Below the pieces are notes generated by a model. That model did no database searches, was not told the origin of the DNA, and saw only the letters and a list, made by a program, of their open reading frames with translations. DNA of 64,000 bases from positions 896,001-960,000 of the forward strand of contig CAVRAL010000001.1 in the NCBI GenBank assembly GCA_963719085.1. Reading direction: 5' to 3'. The DNA comes from a candidate division FCPU426 bacterium. GTDB lineage: Bacteria; Oederibacteriota; Muellerivitia; Muellerivitales; Muellerivitaceae. The stretch's first letter is position 1, and every line of letters begins with the position of its first letter. The position numbers and the translations under genes are program-made. Positions 1 through 8,866 of this stretch are shown here, piece by piece.

Positions 1-27
1 GCCCCCTACGCCGAGGCTTCGGGGGCC
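1..27. repeat. REP-like short palindrome (GCCCCCTACGCCGAGGCTTCGGGGGC), at window edge
   Basis: GCCCCC...GGGGGC arms around a CTACG/GCTTCG core; related palindrome at 24956-24992. Confidence 0.45.
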
Positions 28-65
28 AACTTTCGCTATTATCAAAATTTGATCGTAGCGAAAGT

Positions 66-142
66 TGGTGGGCGAAACAGGATTTGAACCTGTGACCCCC
101 TGCGTGTAAAGCAGGTGCTCTAACCAGCTGAGCTATTCGCCC
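66..142 (-). tRNA. tRNA-Val(TAC)
   Basis: Reverse complement GGGCGAATAGCTCAGCTGG...CCTGC-TTTACAC-GCAGG...GGTTCAAATCC...CGCCCACCA; cloverleaf, encoded CCA. Confidence 0.97.
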
Positions 143-239
143 GTAGTAAAACCTTAATTAAGCCTATACTAAAAACAAGACCTACAACTAAACTTGGGTG
201 GCCCTGAGCAACGTTGAAGGGCTGAGCTATTCGTCCCCA

Positions 240-277
240 AAAAACAAAACCCTAGGCCGTTTTCAGCGGCTAGGGTT
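240..277 (-). terminator. Probable intrinsic terminator after spoVS
   Basis: Minus strand AACCCTAGCCG-loop-CGGCCTAGGGTT followed by TTGTTTTT. Confidence 0.6.
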
Positions 278-301
278 GACAGAATGACCACCCAACGTTT
301 T

Positions 302-577
302 TCAGGCGTTTTTTTCAATCGAAAGTAAAAATTTGATGGCGCTCTTTTTCTCGCCGTCGATGGTCAGGTGGATAAACTCGGGTTTGCAACTGGCGTCCAT
401 GCCGTCCCCCCGCAAAAAGCCGCGGGCGATCGCGATGGCCTTGACCGTGTTATTAATGCTTTCCGGTCCCATGGCCACGATCTCAACCTGCTTCCCATCC
501 CGGACGTTGTTGGCGATGGCCCCAGCCACGGTGGAGGGATTGCTTTTGGCTGCGACTTTGAGCGTCATTGTCCCCAC
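302..577 (-). CDS. spoVS: SpoVS family protein
   Basis: LKVAAKSNPSTVAGAIA...INNTVKAIAIARGF...SAIKF is the SpoVS signature. Start placed at GTG 577 (AAGGAG upstream) or ATG 568, rather than ORF-track 616. Confidence 0.92.
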   Translation of the reverse strand: MGTMTLKVAAKSNPSTVAGAIANNVRDGKQVEIVAMGPESINNTVKAIAIARGFLRGDGMDASCKPEFIHLTIDGEKKSAIKFLLSIEKNA

Positions 578-620
578 GAGGTGTGGCTCCTTCTTAACAA
601 CGAACCGATTTAGCAAACTT

Positions 621-649
621 TTTATATCACGCGCCTAGGGGGCTGTCAA
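621..649 (-). promoter_or_regulatory. sigma70-type promoter of spoVS
   Basis: TTGACA-17 nt-TATAAA on the minus strand. Confidence 0.7.
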
Positions 650-680
650 CCAAGGGGCCAAAAGCCCCCCTTCAGGCCGA

Positions 681-3020
681 TTATCCGAGGATGACTTCCA
701 CTTCGTTCTTCGCTTTACCCTTTTGAGTCGGAATGACGTTCCCGGCGATCCGCTTTCCGTTCACAATCACCGATTTCACGCCTTGGCTCACATGTTTCGG
801 GTTTTTCACCGTGATGTGATAAACCGCGCCACGGAACTCACGGGTCACTTCATATTGGTTCCAATCCTTCGGAATACAAGGATCCACCATCAATCCCTTA
901 TAGGTCGGCCGGACGCCCAGGATGTTCTGGGTGGCGGCCACATAGTTCCAGCTGGCGGCGCCGGTCAGCCAAGAATTGCGGGCAAAACCAAAATCCCGGT
1001 GTTCCCGCGAGGCGATCGCCTGGGCGTAAATATAAGGCTCTGCCCGGTGGATTTCCTGGATCTTGTCCTTGGTGGTCGGCAGCAGTTGTTTGTAATACTT
1101 CATGGCGATATCCGCGCGGCCCAACTTGGTTTCCGCGATGACGGCCCAAGGATTGGCGTGCGAGAAAATTCCGCCGTTTTCCTTCAAGCCCGGCGGGAAG
1201 GTGCTGACGCCGCCCAAGCGGGGGCTGAAATGCTTGAAGCCCGGATACATCAAAGCCACGCCGTACTTGGAATCCAAGTATTTCTTAACCGCGTCCATGC
1301 ACTCGGGGCCGCGCTTCTCGTCCGCGACGCCGGAGATGACGGCCCAGGTCTGGGTGTTCAAATACACCTGGCCGTCTTTCTGCTTATGGGATCCCAGCAT
1401 GGTTCCCCATCCGTCAAAGGCCATGGCGTACCAAGCGCCGTCCCAGCAAACCTTGTTGGTGCGGGCGGCCATGTCATCGGCCATCTTCCGGTACTTCTTG
1501 GCGTCGGCGGACTTGCCCATCGTCTCCGCCAATTCGGCGAAGTCCCGCGCGCACTTCACCAGGAACTGGGCCACCCAAACGCTTTCGCCGGGCTTAGGCC
1601 CGTTGATTTGCAGGGTGTCATTCCAATCGGCGAATCCCATGCATGGAATCTTATGGGCTCCGATATTGTGATAGGTGTAATCCAAAGGCGCGCGCAAATG
1701 CTCGTACATGGTGGCCGCGCCCCCATCGGCCCACTTTACTTTTTCACTCAGGAACTTAAAGTCCCCGGTTTCCTTCACATAAGCCGTGGTGGATAAAATG
1801 ATCCAAAGCGGATCGTCCGAGTAACCCTTGCCGTCCCCTTCGCCGGTGAGGCGGAAGAACTGGTGATAAGCGGTCCCGTCCTTGAACATATTCTTGGCCA
1901 AATCCGTGATCAGCTTTTTGACCTTGCCCGGCACGCTGTGAATAACGCTCAAAACGTCCTGGTTGCTGTCGCGGAATCCCATACCGCGGCCGATGCCGCC
2001 CTCATATATGGAAGGACCCCGGGACATGCTGAAAGTCGTGTGAACCTGGTAGGCGTTCCATTGGTTCAAGGACAGGTTGACGTCTTTGTCCGGAGTCTTG
2101 ACCTGTAACGAGGCCAGCTTTTCGGTCCAATGGGACTTCAATTCCTTCATGACCTTATCGACCATGCCGGCTTTTTTGTATTTGGCCACGAGTTTGGCGC
2201 CGGCGGCAGGGCCCGAGGCGACCCCCAGGATGTAGGTGACCGACTTGCTTTCACCCGGTTTCAGGGTGATTTGAAGGGTGGTGGCGGCGACCGGATTTCC
2301 GCCGTCAGCGGTGGAACCCGAGCACTTGCCCTCAATAACGGCCTTGGGGTTGGCTTCGGAATGATAAAGACCCATGAATTCCTCACGGTCGCAATCATAA
2401 GAAGCGAACTTTTTATCCGCCGAGAAAAAGGCGTAATGGCCCGCGCTCTCGATCATCGTGGTGTGATGGATGATGTTGTTCTTCTCAAAGGCCTTGGCGA
2501 TGTTATAGGTGTATTGGAAGTTGATCATGTCGTTCTGGGCAAAGAACAAGCACAATTCCGCGTAAGAGGTTAAAGTCAGGGTCTTGGTGGCCGAAGTCTG
2601 GTTTTTGAGCGTCAGGCTCCACAATTCCAAATTATCGTCCACGGGCACCACATACAGCATGTCGGATTCCACGCCCTTATAGCTGGAAGTCACCCGGGTA
2701 TAGCCGAAGCCGTGTCGGGTCTCGGTTTTGTATTCGGACAAATCCTTCAACACCGGCTGCCAGGTGGCGGACCAATAGTCCTTGGTTTTTTCGTCGCGGA
2801 TATAAACGTACCGGCCGGGCCGGTCCATGGGAATGTTGTTCAAACGGTAGCGCAGGATGCGCTTGTCGCGCGCGGAAAGGTGGAAGCTGTAGCCCCCGCC
2901 GTTGTTGGAAATCAAGGCGCAATATTCATCGTTATGCAGGTAATTCATCCACGGCACCGGGGTATCGGGTCTTTCAATCACATATTCCTTATTAGGGACG
3001 TCGAAATAACCGTAGCGCAT
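681..3020 (-). CDS. GH94 glycoside phosphorylase (cellobiose/chitobiose phosphorylase-like)
   Basis: MRYGYFD..KEYVI..PDTP.PW.NYL start, GMGFRDSNQD, SDDPLW, ADWND catalytic motif, KENGGIFSH, SWLTG. Start at ATG 3020 after AGAGG. Confidence 0.93.
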   Translation of the reverse strand: MRYGYFDVPNKEYVIERPDTPVPWMNYLHNDEYCALISNNGGGYSFHLSARDKRILRYRLNNIPMDRPGRYVYIRDEKTKDYWSATWQPVLKDLSEYKTETRHGFGYTRVTSSYKGVESDMLYVVPVDDNLELWSLTLKNQTSATKTLTLTSYAELCLFFAQNDMINFQYTYNIAKAFEKNNIIHHTTMIESAGHYAFFSADKKFASYDCDREEFMGLYHSEANPKAVIEGKCSGSTADGGNPVAATTLQITLKPGESKSVTYILGVASGPAAGAKLVAKYKKAGMVDKVMKELKSHWTEKLASLQVKTPDKDVNLSLNQWNAYQVHTTFSMSRGPSIYEGGIGRGMGFRDSNQDVLSVIHSVPGKVKKLITDLAKNMFKDGTAYHQFFRLTGEGDGKGYSDDPLWIILSTTAYVKETGDFKFLSEKVKWADGGAATMYEHLRAPLDYTYHNIGAHKIPCMGFADWNDTLQINGPKPGESVWVAQFLVKCARDFAELAETMGKSADAKKYRKMADDMAARTNKVCWDGAWYAMAFDGWGTMLGSHKQKDGQVYLNTQTWAVISGVADEKRGPECMDAVKKYLDSKYGVALMYPGFKHFSPRLGGVSTFPPGLKENGGIFSHANPWAVIAETKLGRADIAMKYYKQLLPTTKDKIQEIHRAEPYIYAQAIASREHRDFGFARNSWLTGAASWNYVAATQNILGVRPTYKGLMVDPCIPKDWNQYEVTREFRGAVYHITVKNPKHVSQGVKSVIVNGKRIAGNVIPTQKGKAKNEVEVILG

Positions 3021-3076
3021 GGTCATCCTCTTTTTTGTAGTGTGAACTTTTTCCAACGCTCTTCAGCCGCAAACAA

Positions 3077-3090
3077 TGAAACCGATTTAA
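3077..3090. promoter_or_regulatory. Candidate LacI-family operator upstream of the GH94 gene
   Basis: TGAAACCGATTTAA, CG-centred pseudo-palindrome about 57 bp upstream of the start. Confidence 0.55.
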
Positions 3091-3278
3091 TGACTTCGAA
3101 TTTCTCAGAGTCCGCTTTTAGCGAAACCCGGAAATATATGGTGGGTGATGCCGGGCATCGACCCGCGCTTACGCGCTCATAGGGGAAAAACCCCCTATGG
3201 ACCCCATCTAAAACCGGGGAAACTTCCGTTTCCCCTACCCTTCCCAGGTTCTCGCCCTGCGGCGTAACTTGGAACATA

Positions 3279-3354
<76 letters not shown>

Positions 3355-3474
3355 GTTCAAAAAAATCAAAAACAAAAAATGGTGCGTACCTGGCACCGTA
3401 CAATAAATCAATGAGGCTGGTACATACCCCATTTTTTTATTTGAAGCTCTTGGCTCCAAACCTATTCAGAAAAA

Positions 3475-3551
3475 TGGTGCGCCTGAGAGGGCTCGAACCT
3501 CTGACCTACAGATTCGGAATCTGTCGCTCTATCCAACTGAGCTACAGGCGC
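3475..3551 (-). tRNA. tRNA-Arg(CCG)
   Basis: GCGCCTGTAGCTCAGTTGGATAGAGC...ACAGA-TTCCGAA-TCTGT...AGGCGCACCA. Confidence 0.97.
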
Positions 3552-3624
3552 CTGAAACTACGCCCAAGGTCCAGGGTCCATCACTCTTCGCCGCTCAAAC
3601 CCAGTGGAAAATCGCTTCAAAAAA

Positions 3625-3702
3625 TGGGGTGAGAGACGGGACTTGAACCCGCAACCCCCAGATCCACAATCTGGTGCTCTAACCAATTGAGCTACTCCCA
3701 CC
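3625..3702 (-). tRNA. tRNA-His(GTG)
   Basis: Encoded G-1; CCAGA-TTGTGGA-TCTGG anticodon arm; ends CACCCCA. Confidence 0.97.
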
Positions 3703-4066
3703 ATCTTCTTCCGCACCACTAAGGTCATGGCAGGACTTCAGTTTATTTCCCTTAAAAAAGCCGAGAACACAAACCTTTCCCAAAAGAGCCTAACCCAACG
3801 ACCAGGAGAAAAGCCTTAAAAGTGTAAAAGTACACTATAGAAATGTAAAGTTATATTTGATTGAAGTTGAGGCGGAATAGACCACCGAATCCGTGAAAAG
3901 TTTGGAAAACAGAAGGAGAAAAATGGCGCGCCCAACCACCTCAATCAACCCATTATGAAGATTGGACTTGTACCATTTTTTGTGTTCCAACAAAACATCC
4001 GTTTTGTTGATCTGTTAATGAAAAATGGTGCGGCCAATTCCCTTCAGTTGGTCTGTTAATGAAAAA

Positions 4067-4143
<77 letters not shown>

Positions 4144-4192
4144 GTGGATGAAAAGGAAAAAATAAATAGCAAAACAATCCGTTTGAACAATT

Positions 4193-4267
4193 TGGTCGGG
4201 GCGGTGAGATTCGAACTCACGGCCCCTTGGTCCCAAACCAAGTGCGCTACCGCTGCGCTACGCCCCG
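4193..4267 (-). tRNA. tRNA-Pro(TGG)
   Basis: CGGGGCGTAGCGCAGCGGTAGCGCA-CTTGG-TTTGGGA-CCAAG...CCCCGACCA. Confidence 0.96.
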
Positions 4268-4361
4268 CTCAAATTGTTCAAACCGGAAACCGCCTCAGCC
4301 TAAAGCCAAAGCGGGAGCCATTTTATGGGATGTTTCGAGTTTCTGGGAAATAAAACCGGGA

Positions 4362-4961
4362 CTAGGCCTTCGCCCATTGGGACAAAAAGACCTTGGCTTT
4401 TTGAACCGCCCGGCCCCGATGGCTGAGGACGTTTTTCTCTTCCAAGGTCATCTCGGCGAAAACCTTTTCAACGCCTTCGGGTTGGAAAACCGGGTCATAG
4501 CCAAAAGTTCTTTCCCCCTGGGCGGTCGGTGTAATCAGCCCTTCCACCCGGCCCTCAAAGACCCGCGGTGATTGGCCCGGGAAATAAAGCGTGATGATCG
4601 TCCTGAAAGCCGCTTGCCGCTTGGGCGTTGGAACGTCTTTCATCACCTCCAGCAATTTACGGACATTATCCTGGTAGGTGCATTTTTCACCCGCGAAACG
4701 GGCCGCGTAGATTCCCGGCTGGCCGTCCAGCGCTTCCACAAAAAGCCCCGTATCATCCGCCAGGGTCGGTAAACCCGTAAAGGCGGAAATCTCCTTGGCT
4801 TTTTTAAGGGAATTTTCCTCGAGGCTTTTTCCGTCCTCAATGACATCCGGCACGCCCGGAAACTCGAAAGCCGCCGTCAGTTCCAACGGCAAATCTTCCA
4901 ATTCTTTTTTGAGTTCGACGAACTTGTCCCGGTTATGGGTAGCGACCACTAACTTTTTCAT
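4362..4961 (-). CDS. rdgB: RdgB/HAM1 non-canonical purine NTP pyrophosphatase
   Basis: ATHN..K, ADDTGL, FGYDP, SHRG motifs; overlaps the rph stop (ATGA). Confidence 0.95.
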   Translation of the reverse strand: MKKLVVATHNRDKFVELKKELEDLPLELTAAFEFPGVPDVIEDGKSLEENSLKKAKEISAFTGLPTLADDTGLFVEALDGQPGIYAARFAGEKCTYQDNVRKLLEVMKDVPTPKRQAAFRTIITLYFPGQSPRVFEGRVEGLITPTAQGERTFGYDPVFQPEGVEKVFAEMTLEEKNVLSHRGRAVQKAKVFLSQWAKA

Positions 4962-5665
4962 TTCGGCTTGGCCATCACCTTTTTTTGCGCTTTGAAAACT
5001 TCGCCGATCCCCTTTTGGGCCAGGGCCAAGAGGGTGGCAAGCTGGGCGTGGGAAAAGGGTTCCTTTTCAGCCGTCCCCTGGACCTCCACGAAACGGCCCG
5101 ATCCGGTCATGACCACGTTAAAATCCACGTCCGCCGAGGAATCCTCCTCGTAACACAAATCCAAAACCGGTTTGCCCTTGACGAGTCCCACGCTGACCGC
5201 CGCCACGGGTTCTTTGACCGGGGAGGACTTCAGCAGACCCTTCTTTTGAAGTTTTTGAACCGCGTCGGTGAGCGCCACATAGGCTCCGTTGATGGAAGCC
5301 GTGCGGGTGCCGCCATCGGCCTGCAAAACATCACAATCGATCACGATTTGGCGTTCTCCCAATTTTTCCAAATCCACCACGGCCCGAAGCGACCGGCCGA
5401 TAAGCCGCTGGATCTCATGGGTGCGTCCCCCGATTTTTCCCTTGGCGGACTCCCGGGGACTGCGGTCTTGGGTGCTTCGGGGCAGCATGGAATATTCGGC
5501 CGTGACCCAGCCCTTTCCTTTCCCCTTTAAAAAGGATGGAACATCCTCGGAAACGGAGGCGTTGCACAAAACCTTGGTGTTTCCCATGGAGACTAAAACC
5601 GAACCTTCGGCGTAGCGGGTGAAAGACCGGACAAATTGAATGGGTCGAATGCCTTTGGGAGCCAT
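4958..5665 (-). CDS. rph: Ribonuclease PH
   Basis: [46 protein letters not shown]. Confidence 0.98.
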   Translation of the reverse strand: MAPKGIRPIQFVRSFTRYAEGSVLVSMGNTKVLCNASVSEDVPSFLKGKGKGWVTAEYSMLPRSTQDRSPRESAKGKIGGRTHEIQRLIGRSLRAVVDLEKLGERQIVIDCDVLQADGGTRTASINGAYVALTDAVQKLQKKGLLKSSPVKEPVAAVSVGLVKGKPVLDLCYEEDSSADVDFNVVMTGSGRFVEVQGTAEKEPFSHAQLATLLALAQKGIGEVFKAQKKVMAKPK

Positions 5666-5714
5666 GGGTTTCCTTTAATTAAAATGATCCGAGGGGGACT
5701 TCGCGGCGAAAAAA

Positions 5715-6677
5715 CTAAACGACGAAACTCTTTAACCGGGTTAAATCGTCGACTTCCTTATTGGCCTGGGAGGCCCGTTCCACCTTCTCATTAATCCATT
5801 GATAGAGCCGGGCCCGGACTTTGTTTTTCATCCCGGTTCCCAAACCCTTTTCCACGGCTTGAAGCCGCAAGGACAAAAGCGTCCCCAATCCGGCGTCAAA
5901 AACGGCGTTGGCCTTGGAAGGGTCCAAACTATTTTTGTTTTCCACCAATCGCTGGCTGTCCAAAGAGCCGTCCTGCAATAAATTGCCGGCCGCGTCCCAA
6001 TTGGCGTTGCGGAAAATTTCAGGATACTTTTCCCGGGTCAATTCCACCGTGCGTTCCAGCATCTTGAAGGTTTTCTTCTCCCCCACCAAATCTTTCAACT
6101 CATGGATGATGATGTTCCGGAACTCGTCGTAAAGCAGTAAAAACTCATATTCCTTCTGGGCCTGTTTCAGGCTTTCTTCGGCCGAAACCGCTACCGCGGC
6201 CGCGGCGACCGGCGCCGCGGGCGTTGTCGACGGAAGGAAAGGCGCGGACATGGGCTGGCTAAAATCAATGTCGAGCCCCGCGTTGGCTTCGGCGGGCGGA
6301 GGGGCTTCCACGGCGGCACCGGGCTCCACCGGGACGGGGGCTTCTGAAACGATGGATTCAACGCGAGCGGCTTGAGCCTCAACCGGCGCTTCTTCCACGG
6401 GAGCCGTTTGGGCGGCTTGTAATTTTTGTTCCAATAAATCTTGGAGGCGCCGCTCCAATTCCTGGGTCTTCGCCTCGAGTTCCTTTTCCCGCTCGCTTAT
6501 CCAATCTTGATACTTTTGCTCCACCGCGGCCGGAGGCTCGGACACGGCCGCTTCGGGGGTTTCCGGGGACGAAGCCGCTTCCTCAATCTTTTCAACGGCT
6601 TGACGCGCGGGTTCAAGGTCGCCCCCGAACAGCTCGCTGATGTCAATTTTTAACTCGTCGTCGGATTTGCGCATCAT
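5715..6677 (-). CDS. Hypothetical cytoplasmic protein (coiled coil, Pro/Ala linker, helical C-terminal domain)
   Basis: 320-aa ORF upstream of rph with its own promoter and AAGGTG SD-like site; no family recognised. Confidence 0.8.
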   Translation of the reverse strand: MMRKSDDELKIDISELFGGDLEPARQAVEKIEEAASSPETPEAAVSEPPAAVEQKYQDWISEREKELEAKTQELERRLQDLLEQKLQAAQTAPVEEAPVEAQAARVESIVSEAPVPVEPGAAVEAPPPAEANAGLDIDFSQPMSAPFLPSTTPAAPVAAAAVAVSAEESLKQAQKEYEFLLLYDEFRNIIIHELKDLVGEKKTFKMLERTVELTREKYPEIFRNANWDAAGNLLQDGSLDSQRLVENKNSLDPSKANAVFDAGLGTLLSLRLQAVEKGLGTGMKNKVRARLYQWINEKVERASQANKEVDDLTRLKSFVV

Positions 6678-6703
6678 TTCACCTTGATTTGGAAAGCGTG
6701 TGC

Positions 6704-6733
6704 ATCATATCGACTACCCTTAAAGCTTGTCAA
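6704..6733 (-). promoter_or_regulatory. sigma70-type promoter for hypothetical-rph-rdgB(-tRNA) unit
   Basis: TTGACA-18 nt-TATGAT. Confidence 0.7.
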
Positions 6734-6742
6734 CGCAAGCAC

Positions 6743-6802
6743 GGACGAAGCCCCCACCCACATATAAAGACTCATAACGAATGTGGGGACGAAGCCCCCA
6801 CC
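6743..6802. repeat. Two 16-bp direct repeats GGACGAAGCCCCCACC (44-bp period), REP-like
   Basis: Exact copies at 6743-6758 and 6787-6802; the second lies within the palindrome GTGGGG-ACGAAG-CCCCCAC. Confidence 0.6.
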
Positions 6803-6833
6803 ATCGATAAATTGAGTTTTAGGGCCGCCGGAA

Positions 6834-7901
6834 TCAAAAGGCCATCTTAATTTGGGCCGAAACCACGTCTTTAATATAGTACTGGCCCGGCTGGGTCGAT
6901 TCATTTTTCACCCGGCTCAAACCCAAACTTCCGGTCCATCCCGGCGCCCATTCCCAGGTGCCCTTCGCCGCCAACAGGTCTTCCCCATCGTCATTCGTGT
7001 ACCCCAGCTGCAGGTCGGGAACCGCCAGCGGCTGATAGTCATAATCCTTCTCATAGAGCCGGAAAAAAAGCTGGAGATAAAAATCTTTCATGGGGCTTAA
7101 GACACCGGCCCAGGAAACGCTCTCCACCGAATTGGAAAAAGCGTAACTATTGGAATTGGTCCTCGACGCGTAAAGATGGATATCTTGAAGGACTTTCAAA
7201 AAATAAAGATGAAACCCCAGGTCGGCGGAAAGGGTTTCGTCATTTTGAAGGAATGGAGCCGTGGTCACCGCGCCCGAATCCACGACCACCGCGTAGCGGT
7301 TGAATTGGCGGTTGTTCAGCTTCATCTCGAATTTGGCGCTGAAGGATTCCGACCAAATCCTTTGGGTCGAAAGCGATAGCCCGTCGTCCGTAAAATTCCT
7401 GGAAACGACGTAATCGGCGTCATTGTAATATTCCCGGGTGAGGATTTCGCCGCCCCCCTCCAAATTCCAATTGGGCGCCAAGCTGTAATCAGCGGCTACC
7501 AGGTTCGCCTCATCAAAATAATCAAACTCGTAATAGGCGCTGGAACGGAAAAAAGAATCATTGGTATACCGAAGCGAAAGCGGGCCCGCGTCGCCCACAA
7601 GGTTGAGATTCAAGTCATGGGTGAAATTATTCAGTTGGGAATAAAACTGATAAGTGTCCGCGTTTAAGGAATACTCGGCCTGGGCCCGGAAGGGTCCGCT
7701 TGCCGCCAGCGCGCTCACCCCCGCCGACAAGGAATCAATCTCATCCGTAAGCCGCCCCTGGTCCGAAACCAGGCGGAAAATATTGTTGTCATAGCGGGTT
7801 TCCAACCCGAGGGGCTGCAGACCCAACTGAACTTGACCCCAGGCACCGGCCGCCGCCCCGAAGGCGCATAAGCAAAAATAAAAGGCCACGATTTTCCTCA
7901 T
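6834..7901 (-). CDS. Predicted outer-membrane beta-barrel protein (BBP2-like)
   Basis: Signal peptide, ETRYDNNIF first-strand motif, alternating aromatic strands, C-terminal Phe (AQIKMAF). Confidence 0.7.
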   Translation of the reverse strand: MRKIVAFYFCLCAFGAAAGAWGQVQLGLQPLGLETRYDNNIFRLVSDQGRLTDEIDSLSAGVSALAASGPFRAQAEYSLNADTYQFYSQLNNFTHDLNLNLVGDAGPLSLRYTNDSFFRSSAYYEFDYFDEANLVAADYSLAPNWNLEGGGEILTREYYNDADYVVSRNFTDDGLSLSTQRIWSESFSAKFEMKLNNRQFNRYAVVVDSGAVTTAPFLQNDETLSADLGFHLYFLKVLQDIHLYASRTNSNSYAFSNSVESVSWAGVLSPMKDFYLQLFFRLYEKDYDYQPLAVPDLQLGYTNDDGEDLLAAKGTWEWAPGWTGSLGLSRVKNESTQPGQYYIKDVVSAQIKMAF

Positions 7902-8866
7902 TGGGACGCCCCCCCGCTCAATTTTTGAATTTGGGCCTGCACCGCCTGGATATATTGCCGAACTTGGGCCAGGTCGCTTTGGTCCTTAGCCTTTTGTTTT
8001 TGATCGGCCTCAATTTCCTTTTGAAAGTTGGAGTCCTGGGTCTGGCTTTGGAGGGTTTGCAGGTCGCCCTGGTTCAAGCTCTCTCGGGGAACCGAGGAAT
8101 CCTCGTTCATCTTCCGAACGTCCGAGAGAAAATCCCGCATTTTTGATTGGAGGTCGACTTCCTGTTCCAGTTCGGCCGCCTGCACGTCGGCTTTCTCAAT
8201 CTTTCCCTCAAGTTCCTTTTCCCGCTGCTGGAGGATGTCCAAGGTAGTGCTTAAGTTTCCGGCGGTCTGGTTGTCGGTCTTTTCCAGTAAGGACAGGGGG
8301 GGCATCTTCTCGTCAGCCGACGCTTCCGGAAAACGGTCGATCAAGGCTTGAAGCGCTTGGCGCTTCCGGGCGGTTTCGGTCAAGGCGCCGAGCTGGTCCG
8401 CGGATTGGTCCCCGATGGCCGCGTCCAATTGACGGCCGATTTCCTCGTCATAAAGGGAGAGCAAGGAAAGGCTTTTTTGCTCGAAATTTTCCAACGAATC
8501 GCGCCACTGTTGTTCCAGGCCGGATTCGGCCTCCAACTCGCCCCGCAGGTCATTCAATAATTTTTTTAATCGAAGCTGGTCGAAAAGGTTCAAATGGTTT
8601 TGATTGCGCAGCGCGGTGGTCTTTACTTCCAGCTTCTCAATTTCCCCGTGAAGCTCGCCGCGCCGGTCCTCATTTTTGACGAGGTCCTTGGCCTGGTCCG
8701 ACACGGCTTTTTCAAAGGTTTGGATGGATTGCTCCCATTCCCGGACTTGGGACGCCGGGATTTGCTCAAAGGAAGGCACGGGGGTTTGCGCCGCGGCGCT
8801 CCCCGCCGCGCCGGCGAACCCCATCCCCAGCCAAAGTAAAATAAGAAGCGGGCGGCTCATCCTCAT
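7898..8866 (-). CDS. Exported coiled-coil protein
   Basis: Signal peptide followed by Q/E/L-rich heptads; ATGA overlaps with both neighbours. Confidence 0.8.
   Translation of the reverse strand: MRMSRPLLILLWLGMGFAGAAGSAAAQTPVPSFEQIPASQVREWEQSIQTFEKAVSDQAKDLVKNEDRRGELHGEIEKLEVKTTALRNQNHLNLFDQLRLKKLLNDLRGELEAESGLEQQWRDSLENFEQKSLSLLSLYDEEIGRQLDAAIGDQSADQLGALTETARKRQALQALIDRFPEASADEKMPPLSLLEKTDNQTAGNLSTTLDILQQREKELEGKIEKADVQAAELEQEVDLQSKMRDFLSDVRKMNEDSSVPRESLNQGDLQTLQSQTQDSNFQKEIEADQKQKAKDQSDLAQVRQYIQAVQAQIQKLSGGASQ

Noticed and set aside
6743..6802. Possible mini-CRISPR (repeat-spacer-repeat)
   Set aside because: Only two 16-bp repeats, too short; the spacer is itself a hairpin; no cas genes in the window
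6674..6904. 76-aa minus-strand ORF between the barrel gene and the hypothetical gene
   Set aside because: It runs through a promoter and repeat region and overlaps the barrel gene's 3' end; no protein-like features
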